Positions 25,529 to 36,529 of a stretch of 55,500 nt of DNA are shown in pieces. A program made the position numbers and the translations under genes. The notes under the pieces were generated by a model. It was not told the DNA's origin. It was given only the letters and a program-made list of their open reading frames with translations, and searched no databases. The stretch is taken from NCBI RefSeq assembly GCF_004010195.1, contig NC_057719.1, positions 9,064,333 to 9,119,832 on the forward strand, in the 5' to 3' direction. The stretch's first letter is position 1. Every line of letters begins with the position of its first letter. Origin of the DNA: Chiloscyllium plagiosum (Eukaryota).

Positions 25529-27289
25529 TATTTAGATATCTTGGTCTGTTTTATTTTACTTTTAATTCTTTTGTATAATCAACTCTGTTTTATTGTTAAA
25601 ACCAGCTTTGCAACTTCATGAACAAATTAGAAGAGAAACAAAATATCCATCAAGTCGGATTTCAATCTGGAATCTGACTTGCCCAGTGGTAAAGTCAGCT
25701 GGGATCATAACAACAAAAATAATCAGCAAAATAAAAATGTAAAATTGATTTATCTTCTAAAAATAAGATTTTCATTACAGGGCAGGCAAGAAATTTATTC
25801 ATAGGGGATACATGACAGCATTGGTTCATTATTCAGCCTGCAATCTCAGCTCTCCAATAGTCAATAACAATGTGCATTTTTGTTGGCAGTAAACATTCCA
25901 AGGTATTTCACAAGAGCAACACTCCACTGCACTAGATAAATGGGTATCAGATTAGCTAAGTTTTAAGGTGCATTTAAAGGTGGTGAAGTTTAAAGAGAGG
26001 AAGCTGTAAAAGACACGGACACCAATGGTGGAATAAATACAAGTGCGTGTGCTCAAGGGACCAGGATTGCAGCAGTGCACAGAGCTCAGAAGGCTGTGTA
26101 GAATTACCAAGACAGAGATTAAGATCAACACGTAGGATAGAGAACTGAATCCCAGCCTTCATGGTTGTATAACTGATTCCCAGAGCTGCAGATGCAGACA
26201 CCTTCCCAGTCACTGTTGCAATCAGGTTTGCACTAACAAGGCACTTAACCAATTTCTCCCTTTCTCAGGAGGAAGAACCTGAATTTCAATCAGGTAGCAA
26301 AACCATTTACATGGTGCCACTTAATCTTAATGTAAATGAATGGGGACTCCAGAGCCTAACATAAAGATCCTCACTCTCAGCATCCATCATCATTACTAAA
26401 CCATTTCATTAAGGAGCACTGCAACTTGAATGTGCTGGGAGTTGGGGGTGGGGGGAGCAATACGTTGATAATGCAGACATTATTCCTAACCCAAGGCTTT
26501 TTGATTCTGTCGAAGATGATGCACAAGGTCCAATTAATCAAAGACCACAGCAAGCTGAATTTAATTCAGTAAAGATGTTAATCGGGTTCCATTTCCGCAC
26601 CACGTTTGCCTCGGGTACAACGAATAGGAGCTCCTTTTGTAGTTTTGTACAATCAGCACACAGCTTTATCTTTGTGGCAACACAGTCAAAGTGCAAACAT
26701 CATTGATTCAGCGTTCCCCTCTGTCCCTGCAATCAGTACAACTCTCTTCAAGGAATATCACGATCTGCTACACTGTCCATCGGAAATGACACCCAGCAAA
26801 CTCGCGCAGAACAGCGAAACATCGTGAAATTGTCTTTTTACGAATCTGTTTCCCCTTATCAGCTTATATTGCTCTGTCACAGCTCGCCTCAATGTATAAC
26901 TATCTGCTCTTGACCCTGTGGGAATGGAACTTCTTTATTACAGAACAACATCAGAGATCGTCAGCCCTTTTGCCATTAGGAACCACAACAGCAGCGCTTC
27001 GATTATGAAGAGGACTCGAAATGTGACGTGATTAAAGTGGGTGGGCAGAGAAAAGGGAACGTGGAGGGTGAGCAAACACTTGCTCAAAGTCTTAGATCAG
27101 GAAGATTTAAATAAATTGCTTTTAAAACAAAACATAGTGCAAAAGTGTGCAATTGCATTGCATGTGGCAGTTAAACGCTAATAAATAAGGAAGCCTTTCC
27201 TAGTTTTCCATCACTTCATCCCAGAGATCAACACTATAACAATTAGCGAAAACAAAATGTATCTTCAGAATGTATTAACACTGATGTAT

Positions 27290-28780
27290 CAAACTTCAAA
27301 CTATTGCTGATTTAACCTGTTGTAGTAGCATTTGACATAATTCAATCAGCAGCGAAACTCAATTACTGACACTATTCGGCATTGTTGTAACTGTATTAAT
27401 GACATTATTCAATCAGCGCTGAAACTGTACAATCAAATCAGCATTTTCACTGTTTTACTGACAATTCAACCTCAATTACTGACAACATTCAATCGGCATG
27501 ATAATTGTATTACTAACAATATTATATCGACATTCGAACCACAACTTAGGTTCTACTCAATTAGTGCTGTGATTGGAAGACTGACATTATTCGGTCACTA
27601 TTGTAACTGTATTAATAACACTACTCAGTAAGCATTGTAACTGTAATCCTGCACAATTCAAACAGCAATGTGACTGCTACATGCACTCTTTAGACAATGT
27701 GACTGGTGTTCACAGTTTATCAACATCATTGTAACTATGATGCTGACTCATTTCAAATCAGCACTGTAACTGTGACTCAACTGAATTAGCATTGTAGCTG
27801 AGTTACTGACACAATGAATATTATGACTGTGTCAATATTTCAATAGTATTGTGACTGTATTGCTGATACGATTCAATGAGCATTGTAGCTGCACCACTGA
27901 CATTATTGCATCCGGATTTCAACTATATCACCGACAGTCTTCCACCTGTATTACAACTGCATCAATAATACAATCAACAAGCATTATGACGGTATCACTG
28001 ACACTATTCCATCATTTACTTAATTACAGGCATTCAACCAGCCATGTAATTGTGTTAAGACAATATTATAGAAACCGTCTAACCACATCATAGATCAGGA
28101 TTATGAAATTCCATCAGCATTGTGACTAATACTGACACCATTTAACTAGCAATGTGATTGTAATACTGACATCACCCTGCATTGTGACTGTAATACTGAC
28201 ACCATTTAACTAGCAATGTGATTGTAATACTGACATCACCCTGCATTGTGACTGTAATACTGACACCATTTAATTAGCATTGTGACTGTAATACTGACAC
28301 CATTTAATTAGCAATGTGATTGTAATATTGACATCACCCTGCATTGTGACTGTAATACTGACACCATTTAATTAGCAATGTGATTGTAATACTGACATCA
28401 CCCCGCATTGTGACTGTAATACTGACACCATTTAATTAGCAATGTGATTGTAATACTGACATCACCCTGCATTGTGACTGTAATACTGACACCACCCTGC
28501 ATTGTGACTGTAATACTGACATCACTCTGCATTGTGACTCGAATACTGACACTATTTAGACATTATGACTGCGATATTGACACCAATTAATCGGCATTGC
28601 AGCTGAAATACTGATGCAATTCAATCAACGTTGCAACTATGACTGACACTTCAGCTTGCATTGTAACTGTTATCACTGACTGCATTTCAATCAGCACTGT
28701 GGATGTACTGCTGTATAACCGAAACCATTCCAATATCATTCTGACTGTATTATTCACTCAGCCCGGTGCCTGTATTGCTT
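27290..28780. repeat. Minisatellite, 30-34 bp units, with a homogeneous 64-bp dimer core (about 28118-28560)
   Basis: A=CATTGTGACTGTAATACTGACACCATTTAA(C/T)TAG, B=CAATGTGATTGTAATACTGACATCACCCTG; degenerate copies flank the core. Confidence 0.9.
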
Positions 28781-29586
28781 ACACAGCGGCACTGTAAGCT
28801 GTAATTTGTGTTAAAACAGTAGCAGCAGCTGTGGGAGCCACTCTCCGCTCCTGATGCCAGCTCAGTGCAGTGAGTTAACATGAGGACTTTGTCAGGGTGA
28901 GTGAGTCAGTGAGTCTGGATCTACCTAACAACCAGCCCTGACAGCCCAAGCTTCAATCTCGCATTCACAGGCACAGCCTATAGCTGGGAGCTGGGGGTGC
29001 GAATGAATGGGCGAGAGGCGTTTGATATTTGCAGCCTCTATTTCCGTGTCTGCTGGCAGCAGGGGAGCATCTAAATACTGTTTTCCAAAACATTTCAGTG
29101 AGACAAACCAGGGCATTTTACCACAGTGTTATTGATACTTTGTTCAGTGCCTATAGCAACCTTGTGAAGCAGTGGATAGTGTCCATACCCCTTGCTGTGG
29201 GGGTGGGGATAGCTATATCCCACCGTCCACAGCAGGTGCTGGGGAAACTCAGCAGGTCTGGCAGCATCTTCGTGACAATCCCAAGCACAGTTAGCTTTTA
29301 TTCCACTGAGACTGCCAAACCCGGGGAGTTTTCTCAGGTACTCTGTTCCAAACCCACCCCACCACCCGTTTTATTTCGGATCTCCAACAGCCATAGCAAT
29401 TTGCTTTTGTTGTCTTTCTCGACAAGTCGACTAAAACACAAGTTAAAAAAAATTGAACATTATTGACAAATGGGGCTGTGACAGGTTTGACCTGAAATGG
29501 TTAGCACCAGAAATAAGATGAAATATATATATATATATATAAATGCTTAGTCACCAAGCATCCATGGCCAGAAAGTATCCTCAGAT

Positions 29587-29722
29587 TTCCTGATGAAAGG
29601 ATTTTGCCCGAAACGTCGATTTTCCTGCTCCTTGGATGCTGCCTGACCTGCTGTGCTTTTCCAGCACCACTCTAATCTAGGCTCTGATTTCCAGAATCTG
29701 CAGTCCTTCTCACTTTTGCCTT
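29587..29722 (+). mobile_element. PLE terminal-repeat fragment starting at the hammerhead
   Basis: TTCCTGATGAAAGGATTTTGCCCGAAACGTCGATTTTCCTGCTCC...CTGCAGTCC. Confidence 0.8.
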
Positions 29723-29749
29723 GTAGATATATTTAAGCAATCTTTTAGG

Positions 29750-30170
29750 GCACCTCTGTGGAGCAGGTAGAACTTATCTCCGATCTCCGAGCTCAGAGGC
29801 AGGGTCACTACCACTGCACTACAAGGCTCTCCTCTCTAACAAAATGCATAGATTCTGTCAATTAACCTGTTCAGACATCTCTGGAGCAGGTGGGGCTTGA
29901 ACCCATTCACTCAGAGGTAAGGACTGTACCAGAAGAGCCCAAACCCCTCAGGGCAGACATCTTCCAATCAAACTGAACAGAGACATAGGGCGTAATCGGT
30001 ATAGCGGATGAGATTTGAACCAGGCCCCCAAGCTTAGAGGCAGGGACACTACCACTGCACCACCACTAAACATATTCCAAGCCATCTCTAGAGCAGGTGG
30101 GTGGGATTTGAAGCCTGAATTTCCAATGTAGAAGAAGGAACACTGTCACTGGGCTACAGGAAGCCCCCTC
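29750..30170 (-). repeat. Degenerate tandem array of about 4 tRNA-like SINE heads
   Basis: Recurrent CTCTGGAGCAGGTGG..TTGAACC...AGAGGCAGGGACACTACCACTGCAC. Confidence 0.55.
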
Positions 30171-30699
30171 GGTGTATAGTGCTTTGCAGGACAAGCTTAG
30201 ATACAAAGAGAAACATTCTATGGTAGACGTCTCATTGAGACCCAGCTTCCACACTCATCTGCTCCAGGAATTACTATCCCCAGTGAATGGATGAGATCTT
30301 GCACAGGATACCATCGGGCTCATGAGCCCATCCAAACCCCTCCTTTCCTACAGTCTCTTCCTACTGGTTAAGTGGGGCCCCTCTCAGAGTATACCTGCCC
30401 CTCCCACTTCCTCATACCTCGATGAGATGTTTAATCAGCCTCTCCCTCCCAGTGACATGTAACACACAGGGACACCTCCCCCCCACCCCTTCCTTCCGGT
30501 GTCTCAGGAGAGGGCTGCTGTTCAGATAAATCACTGTAGATGCTGGAATCTGTTCAGAAAACATTAAAAAAATACAATGCTGGTCATCTCTGGATGCTGC
30601 CTGCCCAGCTGTAATTTCCAGCTTTTTTATTGTTTTCAGCGCTGTTAATTGCATGCTGGAATTCCTTGCATCCTGACTGTCAGCTCCTGAAGTGGGGGC

Positions 30700-30860
30700 G
30701 GGGGGACGAAGCGCGATTTCAGAATTAACCAGGATTGGGAGGGTGAGGGATGGAGGGAGGGAGGGAGGATGAGGTATGGAGGGAGGGAGGGGGGGGGGAC
30801 GAAGCGCGATTTCAGAATTAACCAGGATTGGGAGGGTGAGGGATGGAGGGAGGGAGGGGA
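30700..30860. repeat. Two-copy G-rich direct repeat (period about 89 bp)
   Basis: GGGGGGACGAAGCGCGATTTCAGAATTAACCAGGATTGGGAGGGTGAGGGATGGAGGG occurs twice. Confidence 0.9.
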
Positions 30861-31364
30861 GAAAGGGATGTTTAAGAGACTTTTAGATAAGAACATGAAT
30901 ATGCAAGAAATGGAGGGATATGGACCAAGGGCAGACAGAAGGGTTTAGTTTAACTTCACGTCATGTTCAGCACAACACTTGGTCCATTTCTATGCTGTAC
31001 AGTTCTATGTTCTATTTCAAAAATATTGTGAATATTCCTATTCTTCCTAACTAGCTCATTGTCCACTTAATTAAACTGTCTACATTAACAGACTGTGTCC
31101 TCCTCACAGCTTACTTTCCAACCTAGCTTTACATCAACAAAGCTATATACTACGCTCAGTCTATTCATCAAATTATTAACACAGATTGCAAATGTGATTC
31201 CTATCCCAAGCAAGCTGAAGTACAAAACTGGACATGAATACTTTTGTTTGATTAATGTTAGGTTTATTAATAGGATGCTACATATCTGCTTTTTACTAGC
31301 TGTGTCCCAGCAGGCACTATGTACTTCATGAAACAACATCTTCACCTTTGTATCTTAACAATAT

Positions 31365-31910
31365 TGTTCATCTTCGGCAGTCCCATGCAGATGAGGATGA
31401 ATCTCTTCCACTCTCAAGATGAGTCTGTAGGTGGTTGCACAGACTATTACAGCTGCCACAAGCTCTGTTACACTTGGGATAGATGGTGGTCATGGGAACA
31501 AATAGATGGGGCATTGATGTGGGCAGTATGCTCAGTTTGCTGTTTTCGCCTGGCTTCCACTTCGTTCCGGTGCAAGTCTCGAGGTGCTCAACACCTTCCT
31601 GGATGCTCCACCTCAACTTTGGAGGTCTTGGGCCTGTGATTTCCAGGTGTCTGTAGGAATACTGCCCTTTACCAACGAGGCCTTGAGCATATCATTGAAG
31701 TGCTTCCTCTGTCCATCTGGGGCTCACCTGCGGTTTCGAAGCTGGGAGTACAGCACCTGCTTGGGGAGACTCGTGTCGATCATGCGGATGATGTGCCCAG
31801 CCCATCGTAGCTGATCAAAAGTAGTCAGTTCCTCAATACTGGGGATGTTAACCTGTTTGAGGATGCTGGTGTTGTGCATCTTACTTCTCAGCGGATTCAC
31901 AGGATCTTAA
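31365..31910 (-). mobile_element. RTE-clade LINE 3' fragment
   Basis: Minus strand QLRWAGHIIRMIDTSLPKQVLYSQL...GQRKHFNDMLKASL, typical of an RTE ORF C-terminus. Confidence 0.85.
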
Positions 31911-32367
31911 CAACACAATTTACATACTACTAAACAGTAAATAGCTGAGATCTCATTGCTGATCATCGCACTGGTCCCCTGGAAACAAGCTGACAACCTG
32001 AAAATGATCTATTCGTTCCAACTCTTTTTGTCCATCAACCAATCCTTTATTCATGCTAATAGGTTATCCTCAATCCCATGTACCATGCTGTATGATGAAA
32101 TTATGATCCTCTGGGGGAGAAAATAATGACATCCCATTATAGTTTGCTCTGACAATCTTGAAGTTTTCCAGGTGTCAGCTTAAGTGAGAGTGCTGCCACT
32201 AAATACAAGTAAAAGGCTGTCTGACTCCAAAGATGAAGCAGATAATCTGGTCTCTCACTACAGTGAGAATAGTTAAATACTACAGTAATGAAGGTGCTAC
32301 CTTTTAGGTAAAACATTAAGTTGAGGCCCTGTCAAGTGAACATAAAAGACTCCCTGACACTATTTAA

Positions 32368-32565
32368 AGAGAGAGGGAGGGAGGGAGGCAGGGAGGGAGG
32401 GAGGGAGAGGGGGGAAGACGGAGAGAGGGGAGAGGGAGAGGGGGGAAGAGGGAGAGAGAGAGACAGATAGGGGGAGAGAGAGAGAGAGACAGATAGGGGG
32501 AGGGAGAGAGAGAGAGACAAAGAGAGAGGGAGAGAGAGAGAGAGAGACAGGGACAGAGAGAGACA
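32368..32565. repeat. GA-rich polypurine microsatellite
   Basis: Seen directly. Confidence 0.95.
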
Positions 32566-33438
32566 GCAAGCTATCGTTTCGAGTCCAGGCGACTCTCCAT
32601 CAGATTCCAGCATCTGCAGTAAATTTGCCCCCGAGAATTCCCCCTGACAGTGAGGAAACAGGCCATTCGGCCCATCGAGTCCATACCGACCCGTCCTTTC
32701 CAAAGAGCATCCCACCTCACTCCCCAGTCCCTGTAACCTCTGCATTTTCCCATTGGCTGTATTATAATCCATGGCCTTCCCATCTCCGGAGCAGCTCACT
32801 TCAATGGCCCTTTGGTGATATGCCCAAGTGTGGGAGGCGATGGTTGGAACATTCCAGATTCCATGCTGTCCATCTCTCTGCCTCTGAGGAATGGATCTTC
32901 CCGCGGTATGAGGTTAAGGTTCGGCATTGGAGACTGGTTCCATTTGTAACCCAGTGAACTCTGACTTATCTGGCCTCAACCTTGGGACATCGGAACCTTC
33001 CCCCTCCCAAAACAAATAGCGGGCAGGCGGAAGGGGGAAAAAGCTTTTCTTAAGGAAAATCCCCTCCCCCCCCCCTTTTAATAAAAACCTGACGCCCCTG
33101 CACATGGACCTTCAATCAGGTGTATTCCTGAGCTCTGTGTATGTGTGTGTCTGCATCTGAATTCAGAAAGCAAATCGAACTTATTGAATATCCCCGGCTA
33201 GAGAGAATTCACCCCCCCCCCCCCCCCCAACAACCCCCTTTGGATTACATTGAACAGGAACAGAGTCAAAAGTAATTTTCTCGACTCTTAACTGGACAAA
33301 AGATGTAATTCGATTTAGAAATGCACAAATTCAAGCTTTCGGCATGCAAGTCAGAACCAGAGGAGGGGGAGAGAATAAAAAAAACAGATGAGTAAGACAA
33401 GTTTTAAGCATATTGAAAAGAGAGAGAGAGAGACGCAC

Positions 33439-33673
33439 CGTGACCGCCTCGCAGAGAGGCTGGGGAGCGGTAGATGGAGATGGGAGAGACTGAGTGATGC
33501 TTGCTCCCGTGGAAGTGATGCTCCTGGTGCAAGACAGGGCCCGATGAGGAGCAGAACACGGTGCTCACGACGGATCCCAGGGTCAGGTACCAGATCCAGG
33601 ACGGTGAGCGGCGGCAGGAGCGAGGGGTCCGGTGTCTGGGGGCCGAACTCAGTAAGTTCCTCTTCAAGTGCAT
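33439..33673 (-). CDS. NRXN3: Neurexin beta-specific first coding exon (signal peptide + histidine-rich N-terminus), NRXN3-beta-like
   Basis: ATG at 33673 (context ACCATG) translates [78 protein letters not shown]. This matches the beta-neurexin signature as I recall it (NRXN3b MHLR...GIWFLFWGCIVSSVWSSS...[32 protein letters not shown]1b ...[12 protein letters not shown]). It ends CAC G|GTGCGT, the expected phase-1 donor before the LNS6 exon. The family call is secure; exact orthology (NRXN3 vs paralogue) is less so. Confidence 0.92.
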
Positions 33674-34330
33674 GGTCAGCGCGCTGGGAAGGTGGTCAGA
33701 CAGCGCAGCACTGCTCCCGGGCGGCCAGCCGCACTCATTGTCCTCGCCAGCCCATTCTGAGTCTCCCAGGGTCTTTCACTCCAACCTCCCACCCTCCCCT
33801 CCCACAGCCCAGACAAAATTCCCCCCTCCCCCCCCTCCCCCACTTTGACTCTTAACTTGCTACCTTGGCTGCTTGGAGCAGACCTGAGGATTGAACGAGT
33901 TTACAGAACATGGTCAGCAATCTGTAATCCTGGTGCCAGCCAGCAATCCGCTCCCTCCACTGAAGAAAGCAAAAAAGGATTTGGACAATCTTCCTGCTAA
34001 AGAGAGGAACACAAGAAGCCTTCCTCTCTCACTCTCCCCACACGCACACACACTCAGAATGGTCAGAATAAAAATGAATAAACCGACAGGCTAACAGTTC
34101 CCAAGACCTTCCGGGCTCCCCTCAGTCCCAGACTCGTCCTGACTGATGCAGTGCAGCTCGCTCAAGTACTGAGACGCCTCGGCTCGGGAGTCCTGCTCCC
34201 AGCAACTCCGAGGGAAGAGGGTTAACCCTGTGAGGACTGGCTGGAAGGAGAGAGAGGCTGCAACGTACACAGCTCGCTGGGGGGTGGGGTGAGAGGGGAG
34301 GGCCACTGCAGACCCCAGCCTTTCCTCAAC
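33674..34330 (-). promoter_or_regulatory. Beta-neurexin internal promoter / 5' UTR region
   Basis: Repeat-free, GC/CpG-enriched sequence directly upstream of the beta ATG, with G-tracts and the palindrome AGGGTTAACCCT (34218-34229). Beta-neurexins are known to be transcribed from an internal promoter. The TSS cannot be placed from sequence. Confidence 0.65.
33676..33755 (-). promoter_or_regulatory. Two overlapping uORFs (33755-33735 MGWRGQ*; 33738-33676 [20 protein letters not shown])
   Basis: Read directly. The uORF1 stop overlaps the uORF2 start (ATGA), and the uORF2 TGA lies 2 nt before the main ATG. Confidence 0.55.
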
Positions 34331-34429
34331 TTGATCCAACAATGGAAATGGGTGTCTGGCACTGACCAGGCAGCAACACTGAGGGGGCAGTCTGCCTATG
34401 GAGAGAGCATGGGGTCAGTCTCTTTATAT

Positions 34430-35050
34430 CCAGGTCCCTAAGATGTTGAGAGTCGATGGCCCTAGTGGTATGAGATTAGATTCCCTGCAGTGTGGAAACA
34501 GGCCCTTCAGCCCAACTAATCCTCCAAAGAGTAACCCACCCAGACTCATTTCCCTCTGACTAATGCATCTATGGACAATTTAGCACGGTCAATTCACCTG
34601 ACTCGCACATCTTTGGACTGTGTGAGGAAACCGGAACACCCAGAGGAAACCGGAGCAGACATGGGGAGAATGTCCACCAGACAGTCACCTGAGGCTGGAA
34701 TTGAACCTGGGTCCCTGGCACTATGAGGCAGCAGTGCTAACCATTGAGCCACCGTGTCACCCATTATTGTAGCTTGACTGTTAATCCAGATAATGTTCTG
34801 GGGACCCGGGTTCAAATCCTGCCAAAGCCCATGGCGGAATTTGCATTCAATAAATATCTGGAATTACTATAAATCGATTGCCCATTGTTGGGAAAAGGGA
34901 AGGAAATCTGCCATACTTACCTGATCTGGCCTACATGTGACTCCAGACCCACAGCAACTTGGTTGGCTCCCAACTGCCCTCTGGGCAATGAGGGATGAAC
35001 AATAAATACTGGCCAAGCCAGCGATGGCCTCATCCCATGAATGAATAAAG
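34430..35050. mobile_element. tRNA-SINE (+) interrupted by an HE1 SINE (-, about 34475-34760)
   Basis: HE1 reverse complement within ...GGCCCTAGTGGTAT | TATTGTAGCTTGACTGTTAATCCAG... Confidence 0.85.
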
Positions 35051-35699
35051 GAATTTAAAAAAAAACACAGAGCCCAGCTTGCCCTTGGCTGGCCTCATGA
35101 CTTTGCCCATGATGCTGTGTGGAAGGAACGGGGTTGGTTTCAGATTGGGTGAAGGGTGAGGTTTGGCACTAGCTGGCTATACTCGCTGCCAATGATTCCT
35201 GCCCCCCAGCATTCCCTTCATCCTCTGCTTGGGGAATGAGGTGGGGGTGGGGGTGGCCATGGCAGGGATTGGGGAGTTGCTGAGCTCCAGCACTCAGCAC
35301 CGCTGGCTCACTTGCTATCCACTGTCTCCCATTCCAGTCCTGCCACTTGGCCACACGCACACACATACTGCTGTTGGGAACATCCCAGATTGCCAGCAAC
35401 AGTAACCAAAAAGAAGCATTTAAAACGCATGTACAATGCTGTGCATCTCGCTGTGAACTCTGCTTTACTGATTCAAAGGATTCAGACACATTCTAAATGG
35501 GACTCCTTCCCCCTTCTGATCTTTACCTACTCTTCCCTCTGGGAGATCTCACTGCCTCCTGTGCTACAGTACCCACCATACACCAGTCCAGCACAATGGG
35601 CCTCTTGCTGCGCCATATCAACCCTGTGATTCTGAGGAACAGAAATCACAACCAACACCTCCATCAACTCCTGGAAAGTACAACCCGTCCCAAATGGGT

Positions 35700-36310
35700 G
35701 TTATTTTGGGTTACTTGTTCATGGGATGGGGATGCCAGTGTTTATTGCCCATCCCTCGTTGTCCTTGAGAAGGTGGAGATGAGCTGCCTCCTTGAACAGC
35801 TGCAGTCCATATGCTGCAGGTGGACACACAACGCTGTTAGAGAGGGAATTCCCTCATTTTCATCCAGTGTCACTCAAGGAACAATGTTATGTTTCCAATT
35901 CCGGGTGGTGAGTGACTTGAGGAGGAACTTGCAGACAGTGGTGTTCCCATGTACCTGCTGCTCTTGTCCTTCCAGATGGAAATATTTATCACTTTGGAGG
36001 GTGCTGCCTAAGGATCTTTGGTGGATTTCTGCAGTGTCCTGCAGATAGTGCACACTGCTGCTACTAAGCATCGGTGGTGGAGGGAGTGGATGTTTTTAGA
36101 TGTGGTGCTTTGTCCTGGATGGCGTTGAGCTTTTTGAGTGTTGTTGGACCTGCACCAATCCAGGCAAGGGGGGAGTATTTCATCACACTCCTGGCTTGTC
36201 CCTTGTTGCTGGTGAACAGGCCTTGGGGAGCCAGGATTTGACTGACTCGCCACAGAATTCCTACTCCCTGACCTGCTCTTGTAGCCAGACTATTTGTATG
36301 GCCTCTCCAG
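35700..36310 (-). mobile_element. L2/CR1-group LINE 3' fragment
   Basis: Minus ORF ..QARSVMKYSPLAWIGAGPTTLKKLNAIQDKA. Confidence 0.8.
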
Positions 36311-36529
36311 TTTGGTTGGTGCTGGGGTTTGGGTGCCAATTGTTTCACGAAGACTCTTCACAATGAGTGGATGGGAATCAGTCAGAGATACTCAGCAGGT
36401 AGGGAAGTCTTTGGCTTGTTGGAACTGGTGTAGGATCTCTTCACAGAATGGGGAATGACAGACAGTCCAATTCCTGCATTCACTTGAGCCATGTAGTTAT
36501 TTCTTAAATATGAGGCATGCAGGTTGCAC

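Noticed and set aside
23745..25712. Large LTR-like element ending GGGATCATAACA (similar candidates at 5233-5732 and about 8130-9423)
   Set aside because: Plausible LTR remnants, but no TSD or firm 5' boundary could be established by eye.
28118..28560. CRISPR-like repeat/spacer appearance
   Set aside because: The spacers are short and repeated, there are no cas genes, and the context is vertebrate.
33675..33710. REST/NRSE site near the beta start
   Set aside because: Only partial half-sites (TCAGCGC, GACAGCGC) with non-canonical spacing.
33388..33855. Plus-strand ORFs of 155 and 95 aa
   Set aside because: Antisense shadows of the GC-rich neurexin exon.
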